Shown here one piece after another: positions 35,885 to 44,286 of a stretch of DNA of 46,017 nucleotides (its first letter is position 1; every line of letters starts with the position of its first letter). This DNA comes from Candidatus Nealsonbacteria bacterium. GTDB lineage: Bacteria; Patescibacteriota; Minisyncoccia; Minisyncoccales; PWPS01. The notes under the pieces were generated by a model, which made no database searches, had not been told where the DNA came from, and saw nothing but the letters and a program-made list of their open reading frames with translations. The DNA lies in NCBI GenBank assembly GCA_003554445.1, contig PWGJ01000086.1:1-46017 (forward strand), in the 5' to 3' direction. Position numbers and translations under genes: made by a program.

Positions 35885-36422
35885 TTTTTTTATTTAATTT
35901 TAATAAATAATAGAGGAACATTCCCAATACCATGAATCCGATAACTACCTGAATTCCTCCTATCGATTCTAAAACATTTCCGTATATCAAAAGCGCAATA
36001 ACTATCAAACCGGCAACGAGAACTCCGCCAAAAATCGTAATAAAAGATTTTTTATAATCAAGGCCGAAAAGATAAGCAACCAAAGAAGCTGTCCATGCAC
36101 CACTTATCGGAAGCGGTATGGCCGTAAATCCGGCTAACGCTAAAAACCCCCACTTTTCAATCTTTTTTTCATTCTCTTTTTTGGTTTTTTCGAAAAGAAA
36201 ATCTATCGCTTCATTTAGATGAACGGATAATTCTCTTAAAAAATTAATGACCGGATCCAGAAATAAAAATATCAAAACAACCGGAACCATGTTGCCGACT
36301 ACGGAAAAAAAGTAAGCCGACACCCAACCCATCTGGCGTATCTCTACAGCGAAAGGAATGGAAGCTCTAAGCTCTCCTATCGGTGTCATCGCTATTATAA
36401 AAGTCTCTAATTCAACAGGCAT
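35877..36422 (-). CDS. Small multidrug export protein family membrane protein
   Basis: AMTPIGELRASIPFA N-terminal motif and 5 TM helices. Confidence 0.55.
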   Translation of the reverse strand: MPVELETFIIAMTPIGELRASIPFAVEIRQMGWVSAYFFSVVGNMVPVVLIFLFLDPVINFLRELSVHLNEAIDFLFEKTKKENEKKIEKWGFLALAGFTAIPLPISGAWTASLVAYLFGLDYKKSFITIFGGVLVAGLIVIALLIYGNVLESIGGIQVVIGFMVLGMFLYYLLKLNKKNV

Positions 36423-36488
36423 ATCATATTAATTCTACTATAAATCGACATGGAATCAAAATTATTTTTATGTTAAGATTATTACAGC

Positions 36489-37841
36489 ATGATTGAATTT
36501 TACAATAGTAAAACAAGACAAAAAGAAAAGTTTCAACCTCTTAAAAAAGAGGTTGGATTATATACTTGTGGGCCCACCGTTTATGATTATGCTCATATAG
36601 GAAATTTAAAAGCCTATATCTTTGAAGATGTCTTAAAGAGAGTTTTGCAGGATAACGGATACAAGGTAAAACATGTAATGAATATTACCGATGTAGGTCA
36701 TCTGGTATCGGATGACGATACGGGTGAAGATAAGGTGGAAAAAAAGGCGAAGGAAAAATCGATGGATGCCTGGGAACTAACCCGCCTTTACACCGAAGAA
36801 TTCAAAAAGGATATTAAAAAACTAAATATAAAGGATCCGGACATATTCGTAAAGGCGACAGAAACGATAAAAGAACAGATCAAACTGATAAAAACTTTGG
36901 AAGAAAAGGGATTTACTTATGAGATTGAAGACGGAATCTATTTTGATACCTCTAAGCTGGATAATTACGGCAAGATGGCAAATCTTGATCAACGAGAAGC
37001 CGGAAAAAGAATAGAGATGAAAGATAAAAAAAATCCGACTGACTTCGCTTTATGGAAGTTCTCTCGACCCGGTGAAAACAGGCAGATGGAGTGGGATTCT
37101 CCTTGGGGGGTCGGTTTCCCGGGATGGCATACCGAATGTGTAGTTATGGCTGAGAAAAACCTTGGAATTCCTTTTGATATACACTGCGGAGGAATAGATC
37201 ACGTAGAAATTCATCATCCTAATGAAATTGCTCAATCGAAAGCCGCCTTCGGGAAGAATCCGGCTAACTTTTGGATGCACAGTGAGTTCTTAACCGTGGA
37301 AGGAGAGAAGATGTCAAAATCAAAAGGCAATTTTTACACGCTTAAAGATATAATTAAAAATTACACTCCTCTAGCCTACAGATATCTTATACTTAATTCT
37401 CATTACAGATCAAAGGTCAACTTCTCCACCGAGGCAATGAGTGGAGCGGAAAACTCCTTGAAAAAAATGAAAGAGAGAGTTATTAATCTCGGAAACGAAA
37501 AAGGAGACCCTTCCTCGAAGTACAAAGATAAATTCCTAAAAGCTGTAAATAACGACTTAAATACTCCTCAAGCATTGAAAGTTACTTGGAATCTCCTTAA
37601 AGACAAAGATCTAAATGATAGTGTAAAGCTGGCCACCGTTATCGATTTCGATAAGGTTTTAGGTCTTGACCTAAATAAAGAGGTAGAGATTCCCAAAAAA
37701 GTAAAAGAGCTCGCCGAGAAAAGGGAGGAATATAGAGAAGATAAAAAATACGAAAAGGCGGACAATCTAAGAAGCAAAATAAATGACCTCGGTTATGATA
37801 TTGAAGATGTGAAAGACGGTTATAAGTTAAAAAAAATATAA
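36489..37841 (+). CDS. cysS: Cysteine--tRNA ligase
   Basis: CGPTVYDYAHIGN (HIGH), WHTEC and KMSKS. Confidence 0.92.
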   Translation: MIEFYNSKTRQKEKFQPLKKEVGLYTCGPTVYDYAHIGNLKAYIFEDVLKRVLQDNGYKVKHVMNITDVGHLVSDDDTGEDKVEKKAKEKSMDAWELTRLYTEEFKKDIKKLNIKDPDIFVKATETIKEQIKLIKTLEEKGFTYEIEDGIYFDTSKLDNYGKMANLDQREAGKRIEMKDKKNPTDFALWKFSRPGENRQMEWDSPWGVGFPGWHTECVVMAEKNLGIPFDIHCGGIDHVEIHHPNEIAQSKAAFGKNPANFWMHSEFLTVEGEKMSKSKGNFYTLKDIIKNYTPLAYRYLILNSHYRSKVNFSTEAMSGAENSLKKMKERVINLGNEKGDPSSKYKDKFLKAVNNDLNTPQALKVTWNLLKDKDLNDSVKLATVIDFDKVLGLDLNKEVEIPKKVKELAEKREEYREDKKYEKADNLRSKINDLGYDIEDVKDGYKLKKI

Positions 37842-37844
37842 AAA

Positions 37845-39206
37845 ATGTCCAAAAATCAAGAAGTTCCCGATAAATTACCACCCAGAAATATAGATGCTGA
37901 AAAATCACTTTTGGGTGGATTAATGATGGACAAGGAAGCAATTTATAAAATAATCGACTTTTTTCAGCCCAAGGATTTTTATGAAAGTGATCATCAAGAT
38001 ATATATGAATCGATGGTTGATATAATCGATAAATCGGGAACAATTGATCTTTTGTCGGTTGCTAACAGGCTTGAGGAAAAAGAACTGCTGGAAAAAATCG
38101 GAGGTAATAGCTATTTGACCGAACTTGTTAATTCGGTCCCGACCGCCAGTCATGTTTCCGAGTATGCGAAAATAGTTCAAAAAAAGAGGATTCTGAGAGA
38201 GATGATTCAGGCCGGGCAAGAAATCAGCATAGCCGGTTATAATGAGGACAAAGATGTCGAAGAGGTTTTGGATGAGGCAGAACAAAAAATATTTAATATA
38301 AGTGAAAATTCACTCAGAAATAGATTTTTACGCGTCGGTGACGCTCTCGAGGAAGCCTTTGAAAGAATTGAAAAACTGACAATGGATGATACCGATACTC
38401 GTGGTGTTCCCAGCTGTTATCCCGCCTTGGACGGGATTTTGTCGGGATTTCAAAAATCGGATCTTATAATATTGGCTGCAAGACCGAGTATGGGTAAGTC
38501 TTCCCTCGCCTTCAATATTGCTCAAAAAGTTGCAATGGAGGAAGAGGTTCCGGTAGGAGTCTTCAGTCTGGAGATGTCTCATGACCAAATTGTCGATAAA
38601 CTTTTAGCTTCCGTTTCGGAAGTTAACCTCTGGAAAATTAGAAATGGAAAACTTTCAACCAAGGGAGAAACAAACGACTTTACAAGAATTCAAGAGGCAA
38701 TGGGAAAGTTGAGTGATGCTCCCATATATATCGAAGATAAAAGTTCATTCAATATAATGCAGATGAAAGCGATGGCCAGAAGGCTTCAAGCGGAAAAAGG
38801 TTTGGGACTTCTTATAATTGACTACTTGCAATTAATCCAACCCAGATCATCATCCGAATCGATGGTGCAACAGATGACAGAGATATCCCGTTCACTTAAG
38901 GGTTTGGCCAAGGAGTTGAATGTTCCGGTTATAGCACTTTCTCAACTCTCCAGAGCTGTCGAAAAGAGAACTCCAAAAATACCCCGCCTGTCCGACTTGA
39001 GAGAAACCGGTGCACTTGAGCAAGATGCGGATGTAGTTATGCTTTTGTACCGAGAAGATTATTACAGAGACGACACTGAGAGAAAAAATATAACCGATGT
39101 GATAATCGCCAAACATCGAAACGGTCCCACCGGAAAGATTGAACTCTACTTCGATAAAGATATAACTACTTTTAAATCTCTCGATAAGAAATATTCCAAC
39201 GAATAA
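37845..39206 (+). CDS. dnaB: Replicative DNA helicase
   Basis: PRNIDAEKSLLGGLM N-terminus, ARPSMGKSSLA Walker A, IIDYLQL and LSQLSRAVE. Confidence 0.92.
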   Translation: MSKNQEVPDKLPPRNIDAEKSLLGGLMMDKEAIYKIIDFFQPKDFYESDHQDIYESMVDIIDKSGTIDLLSVANRLEEKELLEKIGGNSYLTELVNSVPTASHVSEYAKIVQKKRILREMIQAGQEISIAGYNEDKDVEEVLDEAEQKIFNISENSLRNRFLRVGDALEEAFERIEKLTMDDTDTRGVPSCYPALDGILSGFQKSDLIILAARPSMGKSSLAFNIAQKVAMEEEVPVGVFSLEMSHDQIVDKLLASVSEVNLWKIRNGKLSTKGETNDFTRIQEAMGKLSDAPIYIEDKSSFNIMQMKAMARRLQAEKGLGLLIIDYLQLIQPRSSSESMVQQMTEISRSLKGLAKELNVPVIALSQLSRAVEKRTPKIPRLSDLRETGALEQDADVVMLLYREDYYRDDTERKNITDVIIAKHRNGPTGKIELYFDKDITTFKSLDKKYSNE

Positions 39207-39814
39207 TGTATCCGAAACCGATCAAAAATTTAATAGATATATTTCTTCGCTTTCCTACCGTAGGGAGAAAAACCGCAACAAGATTCGCCTTTCATCTACT
39301 TAATACCGATTCAAGTGAAATAGACAGACTCATAAAAGAGCTCAAGCAATTAAAATCATCCGTTCATACGTGTCAATTTTGTTATAGAAGCCTGGAAAAA
39401 GAGAGGGATTTATGTTCAATTTGCGATGATAAATCCAGAGAACCGATTTTAGCTATAGTGGAGCGAGAAACTGATTTGATATCATTGGAAAAAACCAACC
39501 AATACAAAGGTTATTACTTTATTCTGGGCGGAAATGTAAGCCCGTTGAGAAAAAAGGATTTAAAGAAAGTAAGAGCGAAAGACTTGAAAAGAAGAATTGA
39601 AGCTCCCGAAAGTTTCGGTGTAAAAGAGATAAAAGAAGTGATTATCGCTACCAATCCGACAACCGAAGGAGAAGCTACCGGCCTTTTTTTAAAAAGAGTT
39701 TTGGATAAATTCGATTTAAAAATTACTAAACTGGCAAAGGGATTACCTGTCGGAGGTGAGCTGGAATACGCTGACGAGGATACTCTTACATCAGCACTGA
39801 AAGGAAGAAAATAA
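39206..39814 (+). CDS. recR: Recombination protein RecR
   Basis: FPTVGRKTATRFAFHL HhH motif, a C4 zinc finger CQFC..CSIC and a Toprim domain. Its ATG overlaps the dnaB stop. Confidence 0.9.
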   Translation: MYPKPIKNLIDIFLRFPTVGRKTATRFAFHLLNTDSSEIDRLIKELKQLKSSVHTCQFCYRSLEKERDLCSICDDKSREPILAIVERETDLISLEKTNQYKGYYFILGGNVSPLRKKDLKKVRAKDLKRRIEAPESFGVKEIKEVIIATNPTTEGEATGLFLKRVLDKFDLKITKLAKGLPVGGELEYADEDTLTSALKGRK

Positions 39815-39827
39815 TTTGACTCAATTC

Positions 39828-39858
39828 AAAAACTCCCCTCACGGGGAGTTTGTTTTTT
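39828..39858. terminator. Bidirectional intrinsic terminator (recR / rplU convergent)
   Basis: AAAAACTCCCC-tcac-GGGGAGTTTGTTTTTT. Confidence 0.65.
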
Positions 39859-39875
39859 ATTCTTTTACCTGTGGC

Positions 39876-40187
39876 TTAATCTTTTTTGATTTCCTTTATT
39901 TCTATTCTACTGTAGGGTTGTCTGTGTCCTTTTTTCTTTCTTTGTCTCTTCTTGGGTTTGTATTTATACACTATCTTTTTTTCTCCTCTACCCTGCTCCA
40001 TAACCTCCGCTTTAACGGTGGCACCTTCAACCGTCGGATTGCCGATATTGCTCTTTTTGTCTTTCAATAACAGAACATCTTTAAAAATTACTTCTTCGCC
40101 TTCTTTTTTGTCTAATTTTTCAATATCCAAAACATCTCCTTCTGAGACTTTGTATTGTTTTCCGCCTGTTTTTATTACTGCAAACAT
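39876..40187 (-). CDS. rplU: 50S ribosomal protein L21
   Basis: MFAVIKTGGKQYKVSEGDVL is the canonical L21 N-terminus. Confidence 0.9.
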   Translation of the reverse strand: MFAVIKTGGKQYKVSEGDVLDIEKLDKKEGEEVIFKDVLLLKDKKSNIGNPTVEGATVKAEVMEQGRGEKKIVYKYKPKKRQRKKKGHRQPYSRIEIKEIKKD

Positions 40188-40224
40188 AGATATTTAATTA
40201 ACTGCTATAATGACTGTCCTGATT

Positions 40225-40253
40225 ATTGTAACAGAAAATTAAGCTTTAAGCAA
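40225..40253 (-). promoter_or_regulatory. Candidate rplU promoter, -35 TTGCTT / 17 nt / -10 TACAAT
   Basis: The reverse complement of 40248-40253 is TTGCTT and of 40225-40230 is TACAAT. Confidence 0.35.
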
Positions 40254-40278
40254 GTTTATCGCAAAAATAAAGACTGAT

Positions 40279-41265
40279 TTACTCCCCTTCTTCCAATTCT
40301 TCCAAATTATTTTCGGTTAACTTCTCAACCCTGTTAGTGAATCTATCCAATCTCTGATCCGATCTCTCATAAGCCGATGAAGCATTGGACAGATGTTTGC
40401 CCAGCTTTCTAAAATCATCCTTTAATTTCCTACTATCTTTTTCCATCCGGGATATTCCTTTGATTATTTCTTGAGTCTTTCTGGAAATGTGTGTATCCCT
40501 AAACCAATGCTCTATAGCTTTTAACGTTAAAAAAATAGTATTCGGAGAAGCTAATATAACCTTTTTCTCTCTTGCATACTCAACGACATCAATCTCTTTA
40601 TTCATACTAATTTCATAATAGACGGCTTCGGCCGGAATATACATGATTGCAAACTCAACCGTTCCCTCCGAAGGTAATATATACTTGTTTGAAATGCTGG
40701 TTATCTTCTTTTTTGCATCTTTTAAAAACCTTTTTCGGAGCTTCTCCTTCTTGCTTTCATCCTCTTCCTCAATCATTCTTCTGTAATTATCAAAGGGAAA
40801 TTTAGAGTCAATCGGTAAAAATTTATCATTGGGAAGCTTTAAAACCGCATCAACCTGCTCACCGGAATCAAACATATATTGAGACTGGTAAAAATCGGCG
40901 GGAAAGTATTCCTTTAAGATGTGTTCCAAGCTAGCCTCTCCCCATTCACCTCTTGCCTTCGGCGAAGTAAAAAACTCTTGAAAAGAGCTTACATTTTCCA
41001 TTGCTTTTTGAATTTCACCTATTTCCCCTCTTAGCTTTTCGGTTTCTTTGGTAAAAGACTTTATCTGTTTGTGCATCGTTTTGGTGGTTCCGTCCACCGT
41101 TCCTCTCACCTCTTTGAGCTGTTCGGTTATTAATTTGCTCAGATGATCTTCAAGATCACGTATTCTTCGCTCTTGATCAGCTTCATCTTTTACTTTTTTA
41201 ACCCAAAAAAAGGCAAAAAACCCACCGAAAACGATTATTAAAATTAAAATAATTTCTAAAGTCAT
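40279..41265 (-). CDS. rmuC: DNA recombination protein RmuC
   Basis: N-terminal TM helix, a coiled-coil, then a C-terminal RmuC nuclease-like region (RGEWGE, LPIDSKFP, MYIPAEAVY). Confidence 0.8.
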   Translation of the reverse strand: MTLEIILILIIVFGGFFAFFWVKKVKDEADQERRIRDLEDHLSKLITEQLKEVRGTVDGTTKTMHKQIKSFTKETEKLRGEIGEIQKAMENVSSFQEFFTSPKARGEWGEASLEHILKEYFPADFYQSQYMFDSGEQVDAVLKLPNDKFLPIDSKFPFDNYRRMIEEEDESKKEKLRKRFLKDAKKKITSISNKYILPSEGTVEFAIMYIPAEAVYYEISMNKEIDVVEYAREKKVILASPNTIFLTLKAIEHWFRDTHISRKTQEIIKGISRMEKDSRKLKDDFRKLGKHLSNASSAYERSDQRLDRFTNRVEKLTENNLEELEEGE

Positions 41266-42242
41266 AAAAATAATTCACCAAAATATAATTCCGAAAATAA
41301 GAATGCAAAATAAATTAAAAACAAGATAAAGGCTTCCTTTCTGGTTAATCTGTTACTTGTTCTTACAAAAAACCACAAAATAATTCCGCTCAAAACCAAA
41401 AACATCATGCTTATCGAGTACGGACTGTCAGCCAAATGAGGAGGTTGACTCAAAACTATCGGATTAATTAAAGCAACCGCTCCCAAGACGAGTGTTGAAG
41501 ACATTGCCACTGCTCCGGTCAACCCTCCTAAAATCATCCATGACCTTCCTCTTGTCGCTAATTTAAGCGAAAAATATAATTCGGGAAGGGCAACCCCCGC
41601 TCCCACCAAAAGAACACCGATAAGGCCTTCCGGCACATCAAAAATAAGCGCGAATTCGGTTGCCGAATAAACTATTCCCTCTGCGGAGAAAATAACCAGA
41701 ATAAAACTTCCGACAAACATTAAAAAGTACTTCAGGTAACCCTTCTTCGTTTTAATCTCATCATCCTCATATTCATAATCCTTAATAAACCGATCATCTT
41801 TTCTAAAGAGCCAAAAAACATAAAAGATAAATGTTCCAATCAGTATAATTCCATCCATTCTCGAAAGCATACCGTCTCTTAGCAAAAATAATGGCAAAAG
41901 AACCGCTATCGCTGCAAAAGTCGTTCCCGCACGAACCGTTCTGGATTGGACTATAATTCCTTTAACAACAATTGTGCAAACCGCAACCGCGAAAGTCAAA
42001 AGTATTATGTTTTGCCCGATTACATTCCCTAATGAGAGTTCAGGCACGCCTCCCAGAGCCGCTCTGACACCAATTATGAATTCCGGCAAAACCGCCCCCA
42101 TCGAAACTGTAAAAAAAGCTACTACGAATTCTTTCCATCCCAAAGATCTTGCCAGTTTGGAAAGCGAATCGATTACCCATCTACTGGAAACAATTATAGC
42201 CAGACAAGAAAGTACGAAAATTGCAATCTCAAAAAAAGGCAT
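41262..42242 (-). CDS. Sodium/calcium exchanger (CaCA, YrbG-like) membrane protein
   Basis: Two alpha-repeat-like motifs, GAVLPEF and GVALPELYFS, in a 10-TM protein. Confidence 0.7.
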   Translation of the reverse strand: MPFFEIAIFVLSCLAIIVSSRWVIDSLSKLARSLGWKEFVVAFFTVSMGAVLPEFIIGVRAALGGVPELSLGNVIGQNIILLTFAVAVCTIVVKGIIVQSRTVRAGTTFAAIAVLLPLFLLRDGMLSRMDGIILIGTFIFYVFWLFRKDDRFIKDYEYEDDEIKTKKGYLKYFLMFVGSFILVIFSAEGIVYSATEFALIFDVPEGLIGVLLVGAGVALPELYFSLKLATRGRSWMILGGLTGAVAMSSTLVLGAVALINPIVLSQPPHLADSPYSISMMFLVLSGIILWFFVRTSNRLTRKEAFILFLIYFAFLFSELYFGELFL

Positions 42243-43373
42243 TTAATCAATAAAACTGAGTATTATGTCTTTATTATAAACTATATTGTAGATTATTCCC
42301 AAAACGAAGACCAGAATAATCGGATATGTTAGTAGTTTGTATTTAGCCGGTCTATACTTTTGATACATTATCGTTATCAAGGTAGCATCAATCGCCAAAA
42401 GAGTTGCTCCGACAAAAGATATAACCTGTATGTAATCATCGAGACCGATCACGAAAGCGGTAATCGGAATAAATGTAACTACCGCCCAAGCTATTTTTTC
42501 ATGAACCCCTAAATCATACCACAAAATCTTTTTCAAGGTTAAGCCCAGAGTAACAAATGAAGTAAATGTAGCTAAAATACCAAAGACTAAAGCTAACCCG
42601 ACCACTCCATTGTCCAAATGATCAACCAAACCCAAAATACCTTCTTTTGAAGTTTCCGCACCGGTAATTCCGACGACAACGAATATGAAAAAAAGATAAA
42701 TTAAAACAGCCAATCCGATCCCCACCGGAGCCACCCATTTCAACTTTTCTTTTTCCCCCGTCAGCTCTTCTTCCACTTCCGGTATTAACGCAGCTCCCCA
42801 AAGCGAAAAAAGTACTGCCCCGTAAGGTAAAAAGAGATCGCCACTAAAACCTTCTCCGACTTCAAGAAATAGACTTGGATTTATATCACCCCAACCTCTC
42901 ACGAGTATTAAAAAAAGAACCATTAAAAAGCCAACTATCCCCAAAAATTCAACCTTTTCAATCGCTTTTATACCGAAAAATATAAAAGCGGCACCGATCG
43001 CCCAATACAAAAGTGAATATTCAAAAGGGCCACCACCGACAACATCCCCGAAAATTCCCGACAAAAACTCTCCTCCTAAAATAATATAAGCTAATATTGA
43101 ACCGGAAAGACCGATTATCCCGGTACAGGTTGTCAATTTTTTAGCCCAGGGACCCAAATGAATACCTGCAAAGCTCGGAAATCTGAGATTGTCTTCCGTG
43201 CGCAGAGCCAGTTGACCGAAAAAGTGATGAATCGCAATGGATATGAGTCCCAAAAATAAGAAATAAAGTAAAATTACTCCGGATCCCACTTGTGTAGTTA
43301 TATAAGGAAGAGCAAAAAGTCCTGCCCCTATCATCGTCCCCGCAAGAATCGAAACGGCATAAATGAACTTCAT
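42243..43373 (-). CDS. Amino-acid permease, HAAAP (Trp/Tyr/Ser-type) family-like
   Basis: N-terminal AGTMIGAGLFALPY motif and ~11 TM helices. Confidence 0.65.
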   Translation of the reverse strand: MKFIYAVSILAGTMIGAGLFALPYITTQVGSGVILLYFLFLGLISIAIHHFFGQLALRTEDNLRFPSFAGIHLGPWAKKLTTCTGIIGLSGSILAYIILGGEFLSGIFGDVVGGGPFEYSLLYWAIGAAFIFFGIKAIEKVEFLGIVGFLMVLFLILVRGWGDINPSLFLEVGEGFSGDLFLPYGAVLFSLWGAALIPEVEEELTGEKEKLKWVAPVGIGLAVLIYLFFIFVVVGITGAETSKEGILGLVDHLDNGVVGLALVFGILATFTSFVTLGLTLKKILWYDLGVHEKIAWAVVTFIPITAFVIGLDDYIQVISFVGATLLAIDATLITIMYQKYRPAKYKLLTYPIILVFVLGIIYNIVYNKDIILSFID

Positions 43374-43599
43374 AAAAGTTTCTTTATAAATTTAAATACT
43401 TATATAAGGTTACAATAAAAAAAATCAGTTGAAAACCCCATTAAGATTTCACGAGTTGGTTCTGCCGAAATGCTTTTTTAAAACAAAGCACCTTTGCGAA
43501 GAAGCTCTCGCAGGTAGTTTAGCATGGTTCAGCTGTACCGAAATGCTTTTAGAACGCAAATACCCTCACTGAGAGAATATTTTACTTTTAAAATAAAAA

Positions 43600-43728
43600 T
43601 ACCCTCTCTGAAGAAGTTCGCGGAGGCGATTTGGCATGGTCGCGACATAGTCGCGCAAATCGCTGAGCGCACAACCTCCAAAATCGCCACTGGCGATTCT
43701 TGAGGGGTGATTCTTCAAACGAGGGTGT
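43600..43728. ncRNA. Candidate structured RNA element, copy C (most divergent)
   Basis: Pairings: ACCCTC/GAGGGT, GAAGAAT/ATTCTTC and GCGATTTG/CAAATCGC. Hairpins: CGCGAC-ata-GTCGCG and CCTCCAAAATCGCC-act-GGCGATTCTTGAGG. The unpaired GCATGGT is conserved. Strand undetermined. Confidence 0.45.
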
Positions 43729-43870
43729 TAATCCTTTTTGCTTTCAAATGAAAACACCTTTTTCGGAGAAGCTCTCGGAAGTAATTTAGCATGGCTTTCA
43801 GAGTGAAAATACCCTCACTGAGAGAACTCTCGCAGGAATTTCAGCACGGTTTCTAGCCCCAGAACGCAAA

Positions 43871-43998
43871 TACCCCTTTCGGAGAAGCTCTCGGAAGTAA
43901 TTTAGCACGGTTTTCAGCTTTGCTGAAATAAATTACTGAGAGCGCAGGAATCAAATTTTCGCTGGAAAATTTGAATTCCGATTCTCACGAAAGGGGTA
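43871..43998. ncRNA. Candidate structured RNA element, copy B
   Basis: Pairings: TACCCCTTTC/GAAAGGGGTA (10/10), GAGAA/TTCTC, GCTCTCG..GTAATTTA/TAAATTAC.GAGAGC. Hairpins: TTTCAGC-ttt-GCTGAAA and GGAATCAAATTTTC-gctg-GAAAATTTGAATTCC. Unpaired GCACGGT. Confidence 0.45.
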
Positions 43999-44006
43999 TT
44001 AAGTGA

Positions 44007-44029
44007 TGTGACCCCGAGGGGAATTGAAC
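44007..44029 (-). repeat. Orphan duplicate of the tRNA-Glu 3' end (T-loop through discriminator and 2 nt of trailer)
   Basis: tgtgaccccgaggggaattgaac matches 44197-44219 at 22 of 23 positions, exactly 190 bp away. The 5' side of the T stem and the rest of the tRNA are absent. Confidence 0.85.
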
Positions 44030-44060
44030 GTCGCTTCGCTTTTTTTGCTTTCAAATGAAA

Positions 44061-44189
44061 ACACCCTTTTAGAAGAAGCTCTCGCAGGTAATTTAGCATG
44101 GCTTTCAGCTTTGCTGAAATAAATTACCGAGAGCGCAAGAACCAAAATCCCGCTGGGATTTTGAGTTGTGATTCTTACGAAAAGGGTGT
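44061..44189. ncRNA. Candidate structured RNA element, copy A (adjacent to tRNA-Glu 3' end)
   Basis: Pairings: ACACCCTTTT/AAAAGGGTGT (10/10), AAGAA/TTCTT, GCTCTCG..GGTAATTTA/TAAATTACCGAGAGC. Hairpins: TTTCAGC-ttt-GCTGAAA and AAAATCCC-gct-GGGATTTT. Unpaired GCATGGC. Confidence 0.45.
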
Positions 44190-44198
44190 TGAATGCTG

Positions 44199-44273
44199 TG
44201 ACCCCGAGGGGATTTGAACCCCTGTTACCAGGATGAGAACCTGGCGTCCTGGACCAAGCTAGACGACGGGGCC
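44199..44273 (-). tRNA. tRNA-Glu (anticodon CUC)
   Basis: The reverse complement is GGCCCCGTCGTCTAGCTTGGTCCAGGACGCCAGGTTCTCATCCTGGTAACAGGGGTTCAAATCCCCTCGGGGTCA. It forms a cloverleaf with anticodon loop TTCTCAT and closely parallels canonical bacterial tRNA-Glu. 75 nt, and CCA is not encoded. Confidence 0.9.
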
Positions 44274-44286
44274 GACTACACTGGTT

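Larger units (their letters stand above)
43488..44219. repeat. Degenerate tandem array of a ~129-nt structured element (3 full and 4 partial copies) with linkers and a tRNA 3'-end duplicate
   Basis: Full copies at 43600-43728, 43871-43998 and 44061-44189. Left-half fragments at 43488-43534, 43561-43585, 43754-43803 and 43810-43850. A 24-nt linker tttttgctttcaaatgaaaacacc occurs at 43735-43758 and 44042-44065. aaataccctcactgagagaa occurs at 43558-43577 and 43807-43826. Confidence 0.9.

Noticed and set aside
37639-38285. Minus-strand ORFs of 134 and 121 aa overlapping cysS and dnaB.
   Set aside because: They are shadow ORFs opposite two unambiguous housekeeping genes.
39816-40070. 84-aa plus-strand ORF after recR.
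   Set aside because: It starts inside the recR/rplU terminator and is antisense to the well-supported L21 gene.
43914-44099. 61-aa minus-strand ORF in the ORF track, inside the repeat array.
   Set aside because: It spans element B, the orphan tRNA fragment and the linker. The equivalent frames in copies A and C are interrupted, so there is no conserved coding potential. It is a by-product of the repeat sequence.
43488-44219. The possibility that the repeat array is a CRISPR array, an integron cassette array or a T-box/riboswitch leader.
   Set aside because: Not CRISPR: repeat units are ~129 nt, internally structured and mutually divergent, with no short identical repeats separated by unique spacers and no cas genes. 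Not integron attC: the GTTRRRY/RYYYAAC core sites are not conserved across copies and there is no intI gene. Not T-box: no GGGTGGTACCGCG-like T-box sequence on either strand. No glycine-riboswitch or hammerhead core motifs were found either.
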